Numbered from the stretch's first letter, positions 1 to 10,011 are shown. The stretch is DNA of 49,747 bases from Vulcanimicrobiales bacterium (GCA_038231455.1 JBBRLI010000020.1:1-49747), one strand, 5' to 3'. Notes: generated by a model from the letters alone, not told the origin. Program-made: numbers and translations.

Positions 1-60
1 CGCTGCGACGGCGGCGATTGCGAGCGTTCGCGCTGGCAATCGCCGGGCAACGTTTCGCAC
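1..60 (-). CDS. 5' part of a probable exported protein running off the window edge
   Basis: GTG at 60 directly follows the TAG of the thioredoxin gene. It reads VRNVARRLPARTLAIAAVAA, which resembles a signal peptide. Confidence 0.5.
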   Translation of the reverse strand, partial: MRNVARRLPARTLAIAAVAA

Positions 61-582
61 CTAGCCGTGTCGTAACTGGGCGCTAACCGTCTCGATCGCT
101 TTTTCGTAGTCTTCCGGTGTATTGTCATTGTAGAGCGACGTCATGACGGCGCCGGTCTTCGGGTTGATGATGGCGACCGTGGACGTTGCCGTCTTGTCGG
201 TGTCGTACAATTTGGTCAATCCGAGTTTTTCCGCTTTGGTGGCCGCTTCTGCAGCCGTCTTTGCGTCCGTCACATCGAATGTCACAAACGTCGCCTTACC
301 GGCGTAGTGTTTTTCGATGCCGCGATATGTTGCTTCGGTTGCCTTGCACGCCGGGCACCAGTCCGCATGAATCCGCACGACGACGGGTTTGCCCTGAAGC
401 GCTTGCGGAAGCTGCCCAAGGATCATCCCACTGTGCTTCATCGCGGATGCGGGCACTTTCATTTCATCCATCGCGTGCATCGCGCCGGTCTCGGGAGGAC
501 TGCTAGGCGCCGTTTGCGCAAACGACAAAAACGGGATCGCGGTGAACGCGAGGGTCAGAAGCGCGGCGGCCGGACGATTCAT
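61..582 (-). CDS. Secreted thioredoxin-family protein
   Basis: WCPAC active-site motif in a thioredoxin-like context (VVVRIHADWCPACK). N-terminal signal peptide (SFA-Q). GGAG upstream of the ATG at 582. Confidence 0.85.
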   Translation of the reverse strand: MNRPAAALLTLAFTAIPFLSFAQTAPSSPPETGAMHAMDEMKVPASAMKHSGMILGQLPQALQGKPVVVRIHADWCPACKATEATYRGIEKHYAGKATFVTFDVTDAKTAAEAATKAEKLGLTKLYDTDKTATSTVAIINPKTGAVMTSLYNDNTPEDYEKAIETVSAQLRHG

Positions 583-728
583 AGGGAACTCCAAAAAGAG
601 AAGGGTCGTTTCCTAAGTGTAACGGGTGACCAGGTCGAGCGACGTAACGATGCTTACAGCCTTTTCCAGCCGGAGCTTCCCGCGCCGTCGTCACGACAAT
701 CGTTCTCACTGCAAGTCGAGGTGTATTC

Positions 729-2519
729 GTGATTTACCGTAACGCTCTCGTCCGTTTGCTGGTTGGGTTGCTCGTCGCCATACTCGTCGGCAGCGTCTCT
801 GCGTCTGCGCAAGAAACGCCGAGCGCGACGGAGTTCTATCGGCGCGCCGTGGTGACGATGAACGAACTTCCGGAACCACCGTTTATTGCGTTCCGGTACG
901 AAGGGACGGGGGCCGGGCTGCGGATTGATCTCGCGACCGAACCGTGCGAATTTTTCCGGTGGAAACTCGGCGATGCTCGAACGGAGTGGAGGATCAAAAG
1001 TCGCACTTCTGATGCCCGTGCGGAGTTCGTCGATACTGCCGGCAATCGCACGATGATGCATTTCAATCCGAGTTGGGTTCAGACGTACCGTCAACTTCGC
1101 TCGAAGCCATTACGCGATGCTCACGATATGTGCGCACCGCCGAGTCTGCGCCCACCGGATCCAATTACATCTGACCGAAAGTCGGATCCAGCGGTCAAGA
1201 CAATCGGCACGGTGCTCGCTATTGGACCGGGGATCTATCGTGTTGAAGACCGCGGCTCGGCAGCGTGTCCCAACGGTCATGCCGGACATGCGCTACATCT
1301 TTCGTCTCGCACACACGATCCGCACCATGAACTCACCGATGTGATCGTTGAGGTGAGTTCAATGCGGTTCTGCATGGTTCGATTTGGGACGCGTTTAGGC
1401 GTCGGTTTCACATCCGATGCGACCAACGAGCATTATTTTGCCGATGTTGGCGGCTACTGGATGCAAACCGGTGGACAAGCGGAATTCGCCGGACGCATCG
1501 TCGGCGTCGCTTCCGGCCACCGAGTCTGGCGCTACCAATTCGTGGACATACAATTCCCGACGTCATTGCCGGCCGCGACGTTCGCGCCAACGGCGACGGA
1601 TCCGTCGCCGTATACGCATCCCCAACGTCTGGTGGACATCGGCGGACGAAAACTCAACCTCTACTGTACGGGGACCGGTTTACCAACCGTGATTCTCGAA
1701 GCCGGAGGCGGGGAATCATCGCTCGACTGGCGCTTCGTTCAACCGCAGTTGACGAAGACGACGCGCACGTGCTCGTACGACCGCGCGGGTTACGGTTTTA
1801 GCGGTCGCGGCCCGCTGCCGCGCGACGCTGCAGCGACCGTCGGCGACCTGCACGCGCTTATTGCTGCCGCCGGAATTCCCAAGCCGTTCGTGCTAGTTGG
1901 GTACTCGAACGGCGAGCTGTATTCGAGACTCTAAGCCGATCGCTATTTGAGCGAACTCGGCGGACTCGTTTTCGTTGAACCGGCGTTCGAGGGCAACCAA
2001 GAAGCGCGCGTCGACGCCGCCGCGCCGATGTTCGCTCGGAATGCCGTTCATCAGATCGCCGTTGCAAAGTCGTGTTCGGCAGCATCCGAGAACGGTCCGA
2101 TTCTTCCGGGCTCGCCGTTATCTGCGACGTGCGTCGTTCCTGCGGATCCGCTCCTGCCCCAGGCACTCAACGACATGCTCCGAGCGCAATCACTTCGCGC
2201 CGGTTGGTGGACGGATAGTTATTCGGAGAACCTCACGGCGATTCCATTAACACTTGAAGAAATTCGCACCGAGCAGCGGTCGTACGGCGCGTTACCGCTT
2301 GCGATGGTGACGGCGGAGAACATCGTCCCGCCCGGCGCCTTTCCGCCAGCAGAGGAACGATCGATCGGGGAAATCATGCGCGCCCGGCGACTGCCCCTGA
2401 TGCAGCTCTCGTCGCGCGGCTATCAGGTGGAAGCGCGTGGATGCAGTCACGGCGACATCGTCAGCGACTGCGCCGATACCGTTGTGGACGCGATTCGCGC
2501 GGTCGTGGCTGTTCGATGA
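729..2519 (+). pseudogene. Exported protein with unknown N-terminal domain and C-terminal alpha/beta hydrolase, interrupted by an in-frame TAA at 1932-1934
   Basis: ORFs 729..1934 and 1947..2519 share a frame. Read-through gives ...GYSNGELYSRL*ADRYLSELGGLVFVEP..., the usual nucleophile elbow followed by the GLVLVD strand. YDRAGYGFS is also present. Confidence 0.75.
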
Positions 2520-2584
2520 GCTGATTCGGGCTGCACTGGCCGGCCTAGCCCGGCTGCAGAACGGCGTGATAGAATCGGTGTGAG

Positions 2585-3118
2585 ATGTTTACGCCGGTTG
2601 GAATCGAGCTCCCCGAGTATTACGAATGGGTCCGCGGTACGGCGTATCCCAAAGTGGGTCCGGGCAAGCCGCACGGGCAACTGCAAGTCGAAATGGCGGT
2701 GATCGTTCACGCCTGGGGTCGCAAGCGCGGCATAATCGCGACTGAACACGATATGAATATCCGAGTTGCGGACGACGATATACGCCGCTATTTGCCGGAT
2801 ATTCAGTTCACCTCGTACGAGCCATTGGACGCGCACGGAATTCCTGACGATCGAGAAATTCAGGATATTGCGCCGGATCTTGTTATCGAGGTCGTATCTC
2901 CCCAGCAGAATCTCGCTTATTGCGAAGAGAAAATCCGCGCTTTTCTCGTGGCCGGCACGACGGCCGTCTTGGTGGTCGATCCGGATCACCAGGCGTTCTT
3001 TGTCTATCGCTCAGGTTCGAAGACCGTCCTCGCCCGTGGAGATCAGTTTGCGGACCCGGCCTTTCCTGGCCTCGTCATTGACGTCTCGGACGTCTTCGAC
3101 ACCCTAAATCGACGGTAG
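2585..3118 (+). CDS. Uma2/DUF820 family PD-(D/E)xK endonuclease
   Basis: E-W-V-R-G, PHG, YLPDI, APDLVIEVVSP and VLVVDP motifs. Confidence 0.85.
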   Translation: MFTPVGIELPEYYEWVRGTAYPKVGPGKPHGQLQVEMAVIVHAWGRKRGIIATEHDMNIRVADDDIRRYLPDIQFTSYEPLDAHGIPDDREIQDIAPDLVIEVVSPQQNLAYCEEKIRAFLVAGTTAVLVVDPDHQAFFVYRSGSKTVLARGDQFADPAFPGLVIDVSDVFDTLNRR

Positions 3119-3137
3119 CCTCGTTCGAGCCTCGAAG

Positions 3138-3195
3138 GCGGTACGGACGCTAAGAGCCTCCTCCAGTCTGAATTGCCGCTACCGTTCGTACCCGC
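3138..3195. terminator. Imperfect inverted repeat between convergent genes
   Basis: GTACGGACG (3141-3149) pairs with CGTTCGTAC (3183-3191) with one G-U, flanked by GCGG/CCGC. Confidence 0.35.
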
Positions 3196-3203
3196 TAAAT
3201 TTC

Positions 3204-4655
3204 TTAATACCGCTTGCGGATCCACTCCGCCATAAAGTCCATGGTTCGGGAAAATGTGTCTCCGAAATAGCCGAACGATGTGGATCCTACCGGCGTTTGA
3301 AGGCCGAGAAGCTGCTCGCATGCGGAGCACTCGGTGCCGCCGTGAACCGCACCCTCCTCGATCGCAAACGTCTTATCCGCCATGCGGGCCGCTTGGTACA
3401 CGATTTCATCGGGGCGCAGGAAGTAGTGACCGCTGTTCGCGAGGATCAACATCGGTTTCGAGACGCCCGTGATGTTTCCAACCGAACTCGTCGCGGTCGA
3501 TGTGTAGTCGATGCCGGTGAGATCGTTGTTTGTTTGCGAATACGGGCCTTTCGTTCGAAGTGCGTGAGCGCCGAGCCAAATATGCACGTTCACGTTGAGC
3601 GTCGATGAAGCTGATAATCCGGAAGTTGCGGCGCCTGAGGGGGGACGCACGGAACAACCGAGCTGCATTGGACGACGTCCCGACTGCGAGAGAAAGATGA
3701 TGGGCTGTTGCGTGCACGCGAGGAGGTTGACATCCGGCTGCCAGATTCGAGCCGCCGATGCGCCAACGACGGTGAAGGGGATGTCGTCGCCCATCTTCGT
3801 TGGATCGCCCGCAACCGTTCGTTCCTGCGCGAGCAAGTTCTGAGCCTGCGAGATCAGGAGCGCGTTCCTCGCCGCTTGCGCCGCTAGGAAGCTCTGAACG
3901 AAAGCGTCGGTATAAAAAGCACCGTTGGTTGCTGCATTGTAACCGTTCGCCGCGCTGAACATGTCGAGCGTCGGATCTCGCTGTCCGAGCGTGTTGTTGA
4001 TAACGGCCGGATCGACATACGTAAATGTCGCCAGCGACTCGCCGAGATGCGAGTCGAACAAGATGATCCCATCGGCGGCCGGGAGCCCCAGCAAATTGGT
4101 GGTGACGCACGGGATGATTTTCTCGGGACCCGTGCACACGCCCATCCCGTTTTCTGCAACGTTCTGGTAGAACGCCATCATCGGCGCGCCCATGCTATGA
4201 CCGAACAACAACACTTTTTTTATCGTCGGTTGCGAGCGAAGGTATTGGACCGCGGCGGCGATCGCCGGTACGTGCTGTTCGTAGCCGTAATACGTCGTCT
4301 GCTTGTTGGTATACGCGCTATCGACGCACAGCGTTGTGAATCCGCGCTGTGCCAGCGCGTCGCACCCTTGAAAATCGACGTAACTGCTGAACGGGTGCAT
4401 GATGACGATACCGACGTGATTGTCGCCGGATACCGGCACTCGAAGTTTCGCTGCGGTCGCGACGGGCGTCCCAAGGTTCAGCGACGTCACTTGTGTCGAC
4501 ACGAGCGCGATCGGTCCGGACGACGGCACGGACACGGGAACCGGCAGGGCCGGAACCGTCGTCCGACCCCCTCCGCCGCATCCGCTGAGACCAAGAGATA
4601 AAAAGACGAGCGAAGCGAGCGCTCTGCTAAACGGGTGCGCGTTCGTGCGGTGCAT
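3204..4655 (-). CDS. Lipoprotein alpha/beta hydrolase
   Basis: GGAGG upstream of ATG 4655, lipobox LSGC, GHSMG nucleophile motif and C-terminal GAVHG histidine. Confidence 0.8.
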   Translation of the reverse strand: MHRTNAHPFSRALASLVFLSLGLSGCGGGGRTTVPALPVPVSVPSSGPIALVSTQVTSLNLGTPVATAAKLRVPVSGDNHVGIVIMHPFSSYVDFQGCDALAQRGFTTLCVDSAYTNKQTTYYGYEQHVPAIAAAVQYLRSQPTIKKVLLFGHSMGAPMMAFYQNVAENGMGVCTGPEKIIPCVTTNLLGLPAADGIILFDSHLGESLATFTYVDPAVINNTLGQRDPTLDMFSAANGYNAATNGAFYTDAFVQSFLAAQAARNALLISQAQNLLAQERTVAGDPTKMGDDIPFTVVGASAARIWQPDVNLLACTQQPIIFLSQSGRRPMQLGCSVRPPSGAATSGLSASSTLNVNVHIWLGAHALRTKGPYSQTNNDLTGIDYTSTATSSVGNITGVSKPMLILANSGHYFLRPDEIVYQAARMADKTFAIEEGAVHGGTECSACEQLLGLQTPVGSTSFGYFGDTFSRTMDFMAEWIRKRY

Positions 4656-4799
4656 ATTCGCCTCCAAAAATTCTGGCGGTTCCCTTCCGGTCCTCGACGG
4701 CAATTCCTTGCATCGAATTACCGTATCGACAAAACAGATTTCTACGATACGCACGGGCTCGTGTTCGAGCACCCGTTTGTCGTGCGGGCGATTCTGGGG

Positions 4800-4805
4800 T
4801 AGAAT
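4800..4805 (+). promoter_or_regulatory. -10 element (TAGAAT) for probably leaderless dusB operon
   Basis: TAGAAT ends 8 nt before GTG 4814, with no Shine-Dalgarno in between. Confidence 0.5.
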
Positions 4806-4813
4806 CGGGTGTT

Positions 4814-5830
4814 GTGAAACGCGCTGTCCCGGCGCTCCACATCGGATCGCACGAAATTTGGCCGCCGATCGTGCTGGCCCCGATGTCCGGAGTGACCAAT
4901 CGCACCCTCCGTGCCCTCTACAAACCGTTCGGCTTCGGCCTCACGGTCACGGAGTTCGTGTCCTCAAATGCGCTCCAGTACGGCGGGAAGCGCACGATGG
5001 AGATGATCGATCAGCACGGGCAAGAACAGCCCGTCTCGACGCAGCTCTGGGGGAACGATCCCGCGATCATGGCCCAAGCGGCCAAAGTGGTGCGCGAGTG
5101 CGGTGCCGACATCGTGGACATCAATTTTGGCTGCCCCGCCCCCAAAGTGACCAAAACCGAGGGCGGCAGCGCGTGTCTGCGCGACCCAGACCGCTGCGAG
5201 GCGATCATGAAGGCGGTCGTCGAGGCCGTCGATTGCCCCGTCACGATGAAGATGCGTCTGGGTTGGTCCGACGACAAGATGGTCTTCGTTGAGGTTGCGA
5301 AGCGCGCGCAGGCCGTCGGCGTGCAAGCCGTCACGCTCCACGCCCGGACGGCAAAGCAATTCTACAAAGGGAGCGCGGATTGGTCGCGCATTGCCGAACT
5401 CAAGGCAGCAATCGATATTCCGGTCATCGGCAATGGCGATCTCAATGACGCCGAGCTTGCGATGTCGCGCATGCGCGAGAGCGGTGTCGATGGCGTGATG
5501 CTCGGGCGCGCGACGCTCGGCAACCCGTGGCTCGTCTCGCAGCTGCGGTCGCTGATGCAAGGCGAAGAGCCGGCGCCGATGCCAGGCGCGCCCGAACGTT
5601 TGCGCTTTGCAATGCACCACTATCGGACGATGGTCGATGAATGGGGCGAACAGCGTGCCGTTCCGCAAATGCGCAAGCACCTTGGTTACTATCTCAAAGG
5701 CTTCTACGGCGCAAGCGAACTACGCGAGCGTCTGATGCGTACGGAGACCGCCGCAGAGACGCTCTCGATCGTCGAGGCGACGATCGAGCGGCTCGAAGGC
5801 CACGATGAAGCGGCGTTGGCCGTCGCGTAG
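4814..5830 (+). CDS. dusB: tRNA-dihydrouridine synthase B
   Basis: LAPMSGVT, DINFGCP, KMRLGW, TLHART, VIGNGD and GVMLGR motifs. Confidence 0.93.
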   Translation: MKRAVPALHIGSHEIWPPIVLAPMSGVTNRTLRALYKPFGFGLTVTEFVSSNALQYGGKRTMEMIDQHGQEQPVSTQLWGNDPAIMAQAAKVVRECGADIVDINFGCPAPKVTKTEGGSACLRDPDRCEAIMKAVVEAVDCPVTMKMRLGWSDDKMVFVEVAKRAQAVGVQAVTLHARTAKQFYKGSADWSRIAELKAAIDIPVIGNGDLNDAELAMSRMRESGVDGVMLGRATLGNPWLVSQLRSLMQGEEPAPMPGAPERLRFAMHHYRTMVDEWGEQRAVPQMRKHLGYYLKGFYGASELRERLMRTETAAETLSIVEATIERLEGHDEAALAVA

Positions 5831-7113
5831 TGCAGACGACCTTTGATGCGCTTTACGGTGCCCCGAGTCCCCAAGCACTGTATGAAGAAACGTATGAAAA
5901 CTATCGTGCGTATCTGAATCCGCCGCTCGCGCGGGTGATGAAACTCTCCGGCAGTCCGGTGGAAGTCTCGGCATCCGGTTGCACGATCGTCGACCACGCG
6001 GGGAAAGCCTATCTTGATTTTGCCGGTGGCTACGGCGTTTTTACGCTTGGCCATCGGCACCCGCGCGTGATCGCCGCCGTGCACGAGCAACTCGATCGGA
6101 TCGCGCTCTCCGGGCGCACGATGTTCAATCCGCTCATGGGGCGTCTGGCACGTAAGCTTGCCGAAATCACGCCGGGCGATCTGCAGATTTCGTTTTTCGC
6201 CAATAGTGGCGCCGAAGCGGTTGAAGGTGCGCTGAAGCTGGCGCGCGCTGCAACCAAACGCACGAAGATCGTCGGCACGATCAATGCCTATCACGGCAAG
6301 ACGTTCGGCGCGCTCACCGCAAGCGGACGCGAGTATTTCAAAGCCGCCTACGGTCCGCTCCTCCCCGATGTCGTGCATGTAGCCTTCGGCGATCTTGCCG
6401 CACTCGATGAGGCCCTCGTCGATGCCGCCGCGTTGATCCTCGAACCCGTGCAGGCCGAAGGTGGTGTGCTCTTGCCGCCCGCGGGCTACCTACGCGCGGC
6501 AAAAGACGTGTGCGAAAAACACGGCGCACTCTTCATCGCAGATGAAGTGCAGACGGGCCTCGGCCGCTGCGGTCTGCGCTTCGCGTGCGATGCCGAGGGC
6601 GTCGTCCCCGACATCATGACGCTTGCCAAAGGGCTCTCGGGCGGCGTGATTCCGATCGGCGCGTTCATCGCGCGACCAACCGTGTGGAACGCCGCGTACG
6701 CCAAAGCCCCGCTGATGCATACATCGACCTTCGGTGGGAATGAACTTGCTTGCGCCGCAGCACTTGCGGCCCTCGAAGTGCTCGAGGACGACCATCTCGT
6801 CGACAACGCGCGCGAGCGCGGCAAACAACTACTGGACGGCGCACGCGCCGTCGCAAGCGCCCACCCCGCGGTGATCGCGGACGTGCGCGGACTCGGCCTG
6901 CTCGTCGGCGTGGAGCTGACCAGCGAAGGCTACGGAGGAACGATCATCCCCGAAATGCTCAAACGCGGCGTGACCGCTGCCTGGACGCTCAATCAGCAGC
7001 GGGTGATCCGCCTCGAACCGCCGCTCATCGTGACGGCGCATGAAGTCGACCGCGCGCTCGCGGCGTTTGGTGAAGCCGTCGGCGTCGCGCACGAACGGCT
7101 CGGTGCCCTCTAG
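5830..7113 (+). CDS. Class-III PLP aminotransferase (omega-transaminase; PatA/ArgD/PigE-C-like)
   Basis: NSGAEAVEGALK, AYHGKT, EPVQAEGG, DEVQTGLGR, TLAKGLSGG (PLP Lys) and STFGGN motifs. TAGTG overlap with dusB. Confidence 0.9.
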   Translation: MQTTFDALYGAPSPQALYEETYENYRAYLNPPLARVMKLSGSPVEVSASGCTIVDHAGKAYLDFAGGYGVFTLGHRHPRVIAAVHEQLDRIALSGRTMFNPLMGRLARKLAEITPGDLQISFFANSGAEAVEGALKLARAATKRTKIVGTINAYHGKTFGALTASGREYFKAAYGPLLPDVVHVAFGDLAALDEALVDAAALILEPVQAEGGVLLPPAGYLRAAKDVCEKHGALFIADEVQTGLGRCGLRFACDAEGVVPDIMTLAKGLSGGVIPIGAFIARPTVWNAAYAKAPLMHTSTFGGNELACAAALAALEVLEDDHLVDNARERGKQLLDGARAVASAHPAVIADVRGLGLLVGVELTSEGYGGTIIPEMLKRGVTAAWTLNQQRVIRLEPPLIVTAHEVDRALAAFGEAVGVAHERLGAL

Positions 7114-7571
7114 TGCCCTATGTCGAATCCACCATCATCGTCGATGCGCCAGCGCGCGCCGTGTATGAGATGGCAAAAGAGCAAGAGCGCTTCCCGCAGT
7201 TCATGCCCGACGTTGAAACGGTCACGGTCCTCGAGCGGCATGCCGATTATATCGTTACGCGCTGGAAGACGCTCGTTGAAGATGCGCCGATCGAGTGGAC
7301 GGAAGAAGACCGTTTCGATGACGCGCTCATCCGCATCGACTACAAGCTCATCGAGGGCGATCTCGATACGTTTGAGGGCGCCTGGACGTTCGTTGAGAGC
7401 GATGGCCAGACGCTCGTAACGCTCGGCGTCGAGTACGACTTCGGCGTGCCGACGCTCGCCGAACTCATCGGTCCGACCTTAGCCAAAAAAGTAAAAGAGA
7501 ACAGCGAGATGATGCTCGCTGCTCTCAAGTCCGAAGTCGAGGCGACCGCAGCCGTTCAAGCGCGCGGCTAA
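7113..7571 (+). CDS. SRPBCC/START (polyketide cyclase, Coq10/RatA-like) lipid-binding protein
   Basis: Pattern VDAPARAVYEMAKEQERFPQFMPDV...IEGDLDTFEGAWTF. TAGTG overlap with the upstream gene. Confidence 0.85.
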   Translation: MPYVESTIIVDAPARAVYEMAKEQERFPQFMPDVETVTVLERHADYIVTRWKTLVEDAPIEWTEEDRFDDALIRIDYKLIEGDLDTFEGAWTFVESDGQTLVTLGVEYDFGVPTLAELIGPTLAKKVKENSEMMLAALKSEVEATAAVQARG

Positions 7572-7574
7572 GGG

Positions 7575-8234
7575 TTAACCCGGAATCGCGAAGGCGACGA
7601 GTTCCGTTTTATCCCGGTCCGTCGTCCAGAGTTTGGTACCGTCGAAGCCAAGCGATCGTGGAAGAAACTCAAAGCGGGCGATCTCTTCGTACTTTGGTTG
7701 ATCGCCGCGTGCATCGAGTCGCGCCAGTCGATGATTCGTCGTATCGTTGCCGTCCGTAACGGTGAGATAAAACTGTCCCGCGACCACGATCATCCCCGTA
7801 ATTTGCTGTCCGACCGGGATGGTGCGGATCACGGTACCGTCGTCTTGCAGTTCGACGATCTGCTGCAAAAAACGCTGACTCAGGAAAAGCGAATCGCCAT
7901 CGTAGGCGAGGAACGATCCCGTGTCCTCGGGGCATGCGATGGCTTCATTTTTCTTGAAGCCATGTCCGAATACGCAGCGGCGGATGAAACGGTTATCGTC
8001 ATCGCCGTTCTCGCTGCACACGACGCGCAGTGAATCGCCGGTTACGACCATGCCGATCGGTCGGCCCGGCGCTTGGTTCTCTTCGAAAGTCTCACCGGTA
8101 TTCGCGCGTATTCCATACACGCGGCTCGCATCCCACGAGCCAACCCAGATGTCGGTTCCATCGCAACTCAGGCCCATCGGGCGCGGCGCGGGGCTGGCGA
8201 TGCGGACGATCTCTTCGATCGCAGTAGAAGTCAT
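7575..8234 (-). CDS. Beta-propeller protein (glutaminyl cyclase/YncE-like repeats)
   Basis: Repeated G/L-x-x-DG-x-x-LW/LF blades (GLSCDGTDIW, LAYDGDSLF, LGFDGTKLW). GGAGG upstream of ATG 8234. Confidence 0.65.
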   Translation of the reverse strand: MTSTAIEEIVRIASPAPRPMGLSCDGTDIWVGSWDASRVYGIRANTGETFEENQAPGRPIGMVVTGDSLRVVCSENGDDDNRFIRRCVFGHGFKKNEAIACPEDTGSFLAYDGDSLFLSQRFLQQIVELQDDGTVIRTIPVGQQITGMIVVAGQFYLTVTDGNDTTNHRLARLDARGDQPKYEEIARFEFLPRSLGFDGTKLWTTDRDKTELVAFAIPG

Positions 8235-8330
8235 CGACCCTCCTTTTTCGGGGAGGGCCACATTACGGATTGCTGGCTCCGGTCCCCCTAGCAATCAGCC
8301 CGGCGGCGGGCACAATCCTCGGTCGCGTGG

Positions 8331-8336
8331 TAGGAT
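8331..8336 (+). promoter_or_regulatory. Extended -10 (TGgTAGGAT) for probably leaderless gene at 8345
   Basis: TAGGAT preceded by TG-n and ending 8 nt before GTG 8345. Confidence 0.5.
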
Positions 8337-8344
8337 GCCCGGAC

Positions 8345-9454
8345 GTGTCCAAGTTCTGTTTTGTCATCCACCCGGTTTCTTTCGAGGACGTCGTGCGCTA
8401 CGAGCCGGGTGCCGCCGGCAAAGGCCGCCCGATCATTGCAAAGATTCTCGAGTGGATGCCCTCGTACGCCGCTGCCCATCTGACCGGAATCCGCACGCCC
8501 GACGGGCGGGAAACCGAAGGCTGGTTTGTCGCCGCGCCGCTCATGCCGGAACAAATGCTCGAACTGCCGCGCGAAGCGGTCTACGAACGTATCCTCAAAG
8601 CGATTCAAATCGGCGTCGATCTGGGCGCAGACGTTGCGGGGCTCGGCGCGTTCACGGGGATCGTCGGCGACGGCGGCGTGACGCTCAACGAGCGGGCGCA
8701 GGTCCCGGTAACCACCGGCAACTCCCTCACCATCGCCGCGGGCGTGCGAAGTTTCTTCCGCGGCTGCGCGGAGATGGGCGTCGACCCAAAGTCGGCAACG
8801 GTCGCTGTGATCGGCGCGACGGGTTCCATCGGTGGCGCGATCGTCGAACTGATCGCCGACCGCGTCGGCCACATCGTACTCTGCGCGCGCAACGAAACGC
8901 GCGTGCGGAAATTCCAAGCCGCCATCGGCGCCCGCCTCGCGTGCACGACCTCGATCGAGATGGATGTGAGCGCGGCGGTTCGACAAGCGCAGTGTGTCAT
9001 CACCGCGACGAGTTCGACGCAAGACATCATCGAACCCGAAGATCTGCAGACGGGTGCCGTCGTCGTGGAACTCTCGCTTCCGCACGACGTCAGTCGACGC
9101 GTCGCGCAGCTACGTCCGGACGTGCTGGTGATCGAAGGCGGCAACATGCGCGTCCCCGGGAATCTGCGCGCGGAGCGGATGCGCGAACCAGGCACGGATT
9201 TTTCGCTCGGTTTACCGCCGGGAACGGCGCTTGCGTGTATGTCCGAGACGATGGTCTTGGCGCTTGCGAATCGCATCGAACCCTATACGCTCGGCCGCGG
9301 GATCGACGTGAACAAAGTCCGCGAGATCGACGCCCTTGCAACCGACGCCGGATTCGAGCTCGCCGACATGCGCGCGTTCGATCTTGCGATTCCGGCCGAG
9401 CAAATTGCGCGCACGCGTGCCGCCGCAGAAGCGCGCCGGAGCATCGCGGTCTAG
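8345..9454 (+). CDS. Acyl-ACP/thioester reductase-like protein (cyanobacterial AAR, PigE-N/TamH reductase-domain homolog)
   Basis: FCFVIHP N-terminus, AGLGAFTGIVG, TTGNSLT, Rossmann VIGATGSIG, VIEGG, and LACMSETM with candidate catalytic Cys (codon 9236-9238). Confidence 0.8.
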   Translation: MSKFCFVIHPVSFEDVVRYEPGAAGKGRPIIAKILEWMPSYAAAHLTGIRTPDGRETEGWFVAAPLMPEQMLELPREAVYERILKAIQIGVDLGADVAGLGAFTGIVGDGGVTLNERAQVPVTTGNSLTIAAGVRSFFRGCAEMGVDPKSATVAVIGATGSIGGAIVELIADRVGHIVLCARNETRVRKFQAAIGARLACTTSIEMDVSAAVRQAQCVITATSSTQDIIEPEDLQTGAVVVELSLPHDVSRRVAQLRPDVLVIEGGNMRVPGNLRAERMREPGTDFSLGLPPGTALACMSETMVLALANRIEPYTLGRGIDVNKVREIDALATDAGFELADMRAFDLAIPAEQIARTRAAAEARRSIAV

Positions 9455-9942
9455 TGGCCTCGCCGATCTACTCAAAGCCGTATGTCTACAAAGCGACGAT
9501 CGCCTGGTCGGGTTCAAAGTCGGGCGCGACCGTGGACTACGCATCGTATTCGCGCGAATACGAGATCGAAATCGAAGGCAAGCCGACGCTGCGCGGTTCG
9601 GCCGATAAGCCGTTTCGCGGCGATGCGAGCCTGCACAATCCCGAAGACCTGATGCTCGCCGCGATTGCCACGAGTCACATGCTCAGCTACCTTGCCAAGT
9701 GCGCGCGCGCCGACGTCCACGTCGTCTCTTATTGCGATGAAGCGACCGCGACGATGTCGGCTGAGGGCGGGCCAATGCGCTTCACCGACGTACTCCTCAA
9801 GCCGGTCGTGGTTATCAGTGCGGGCGATCTGTTTATCGCGCGCAAGCTCCACGTCGGCGCGCGTGAAGAGTGTTTCATCGCGAATTCCGTAAACTTCACC
9901 GTCAGAAATGAAGCGACCGTCGAAATGCAGGACCAGCCATGA
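9454..9942 (+). CDS. OsmC/Ohr family protein with first catalytic Cys replaced by Ser
   Basis: GSADKPFRGD-x-x-x-HNPEDLMLAAIATSHMLSYL and EECFIANSV. GTG overlaps the TAG of the reductase gene. Confidence 0.85.
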   Translation: MASPIYSKPYVYKATIAWSGSKSGATVDYASYSREYEIEIEGKPTLRGSADKPFRGDASLHNPEDLMLAAIATSHMLSYLAKCARADVHVVSYCDEATATMSAEGGPMRFTDVLLKPVVVISAGDLFIARKLHVGAREECFIANSVNFTVRNEATVEMQDQP

Positions 9943-10011
9943 ACAGCGCGACATCGGGGCCCCACGCAACGCGTGGGGGGCGCGGAGCCTGGGGCGCAGC
10001 GGCTTTCAAGC

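Noticed and set aside
1932-1934. Programmed recoding (Sec/Pyl) of the internal stop
   Set aside because: The codon is TAA, not TGA or TAG, and TAA is used as a normal stop elsewhere in the window.
3119-3140. GTTCGAGCC resembling a tRNA T-loop
   Set aside because: No pairing T-stem, acceptor stem or cloverleaf can be formed.
7921-9453. 673-aa ORF as one long protein
   Set aside because: Only the last 162 aa are OsmC-like. The rest is an Arg-rich shadow frame over two real genes.
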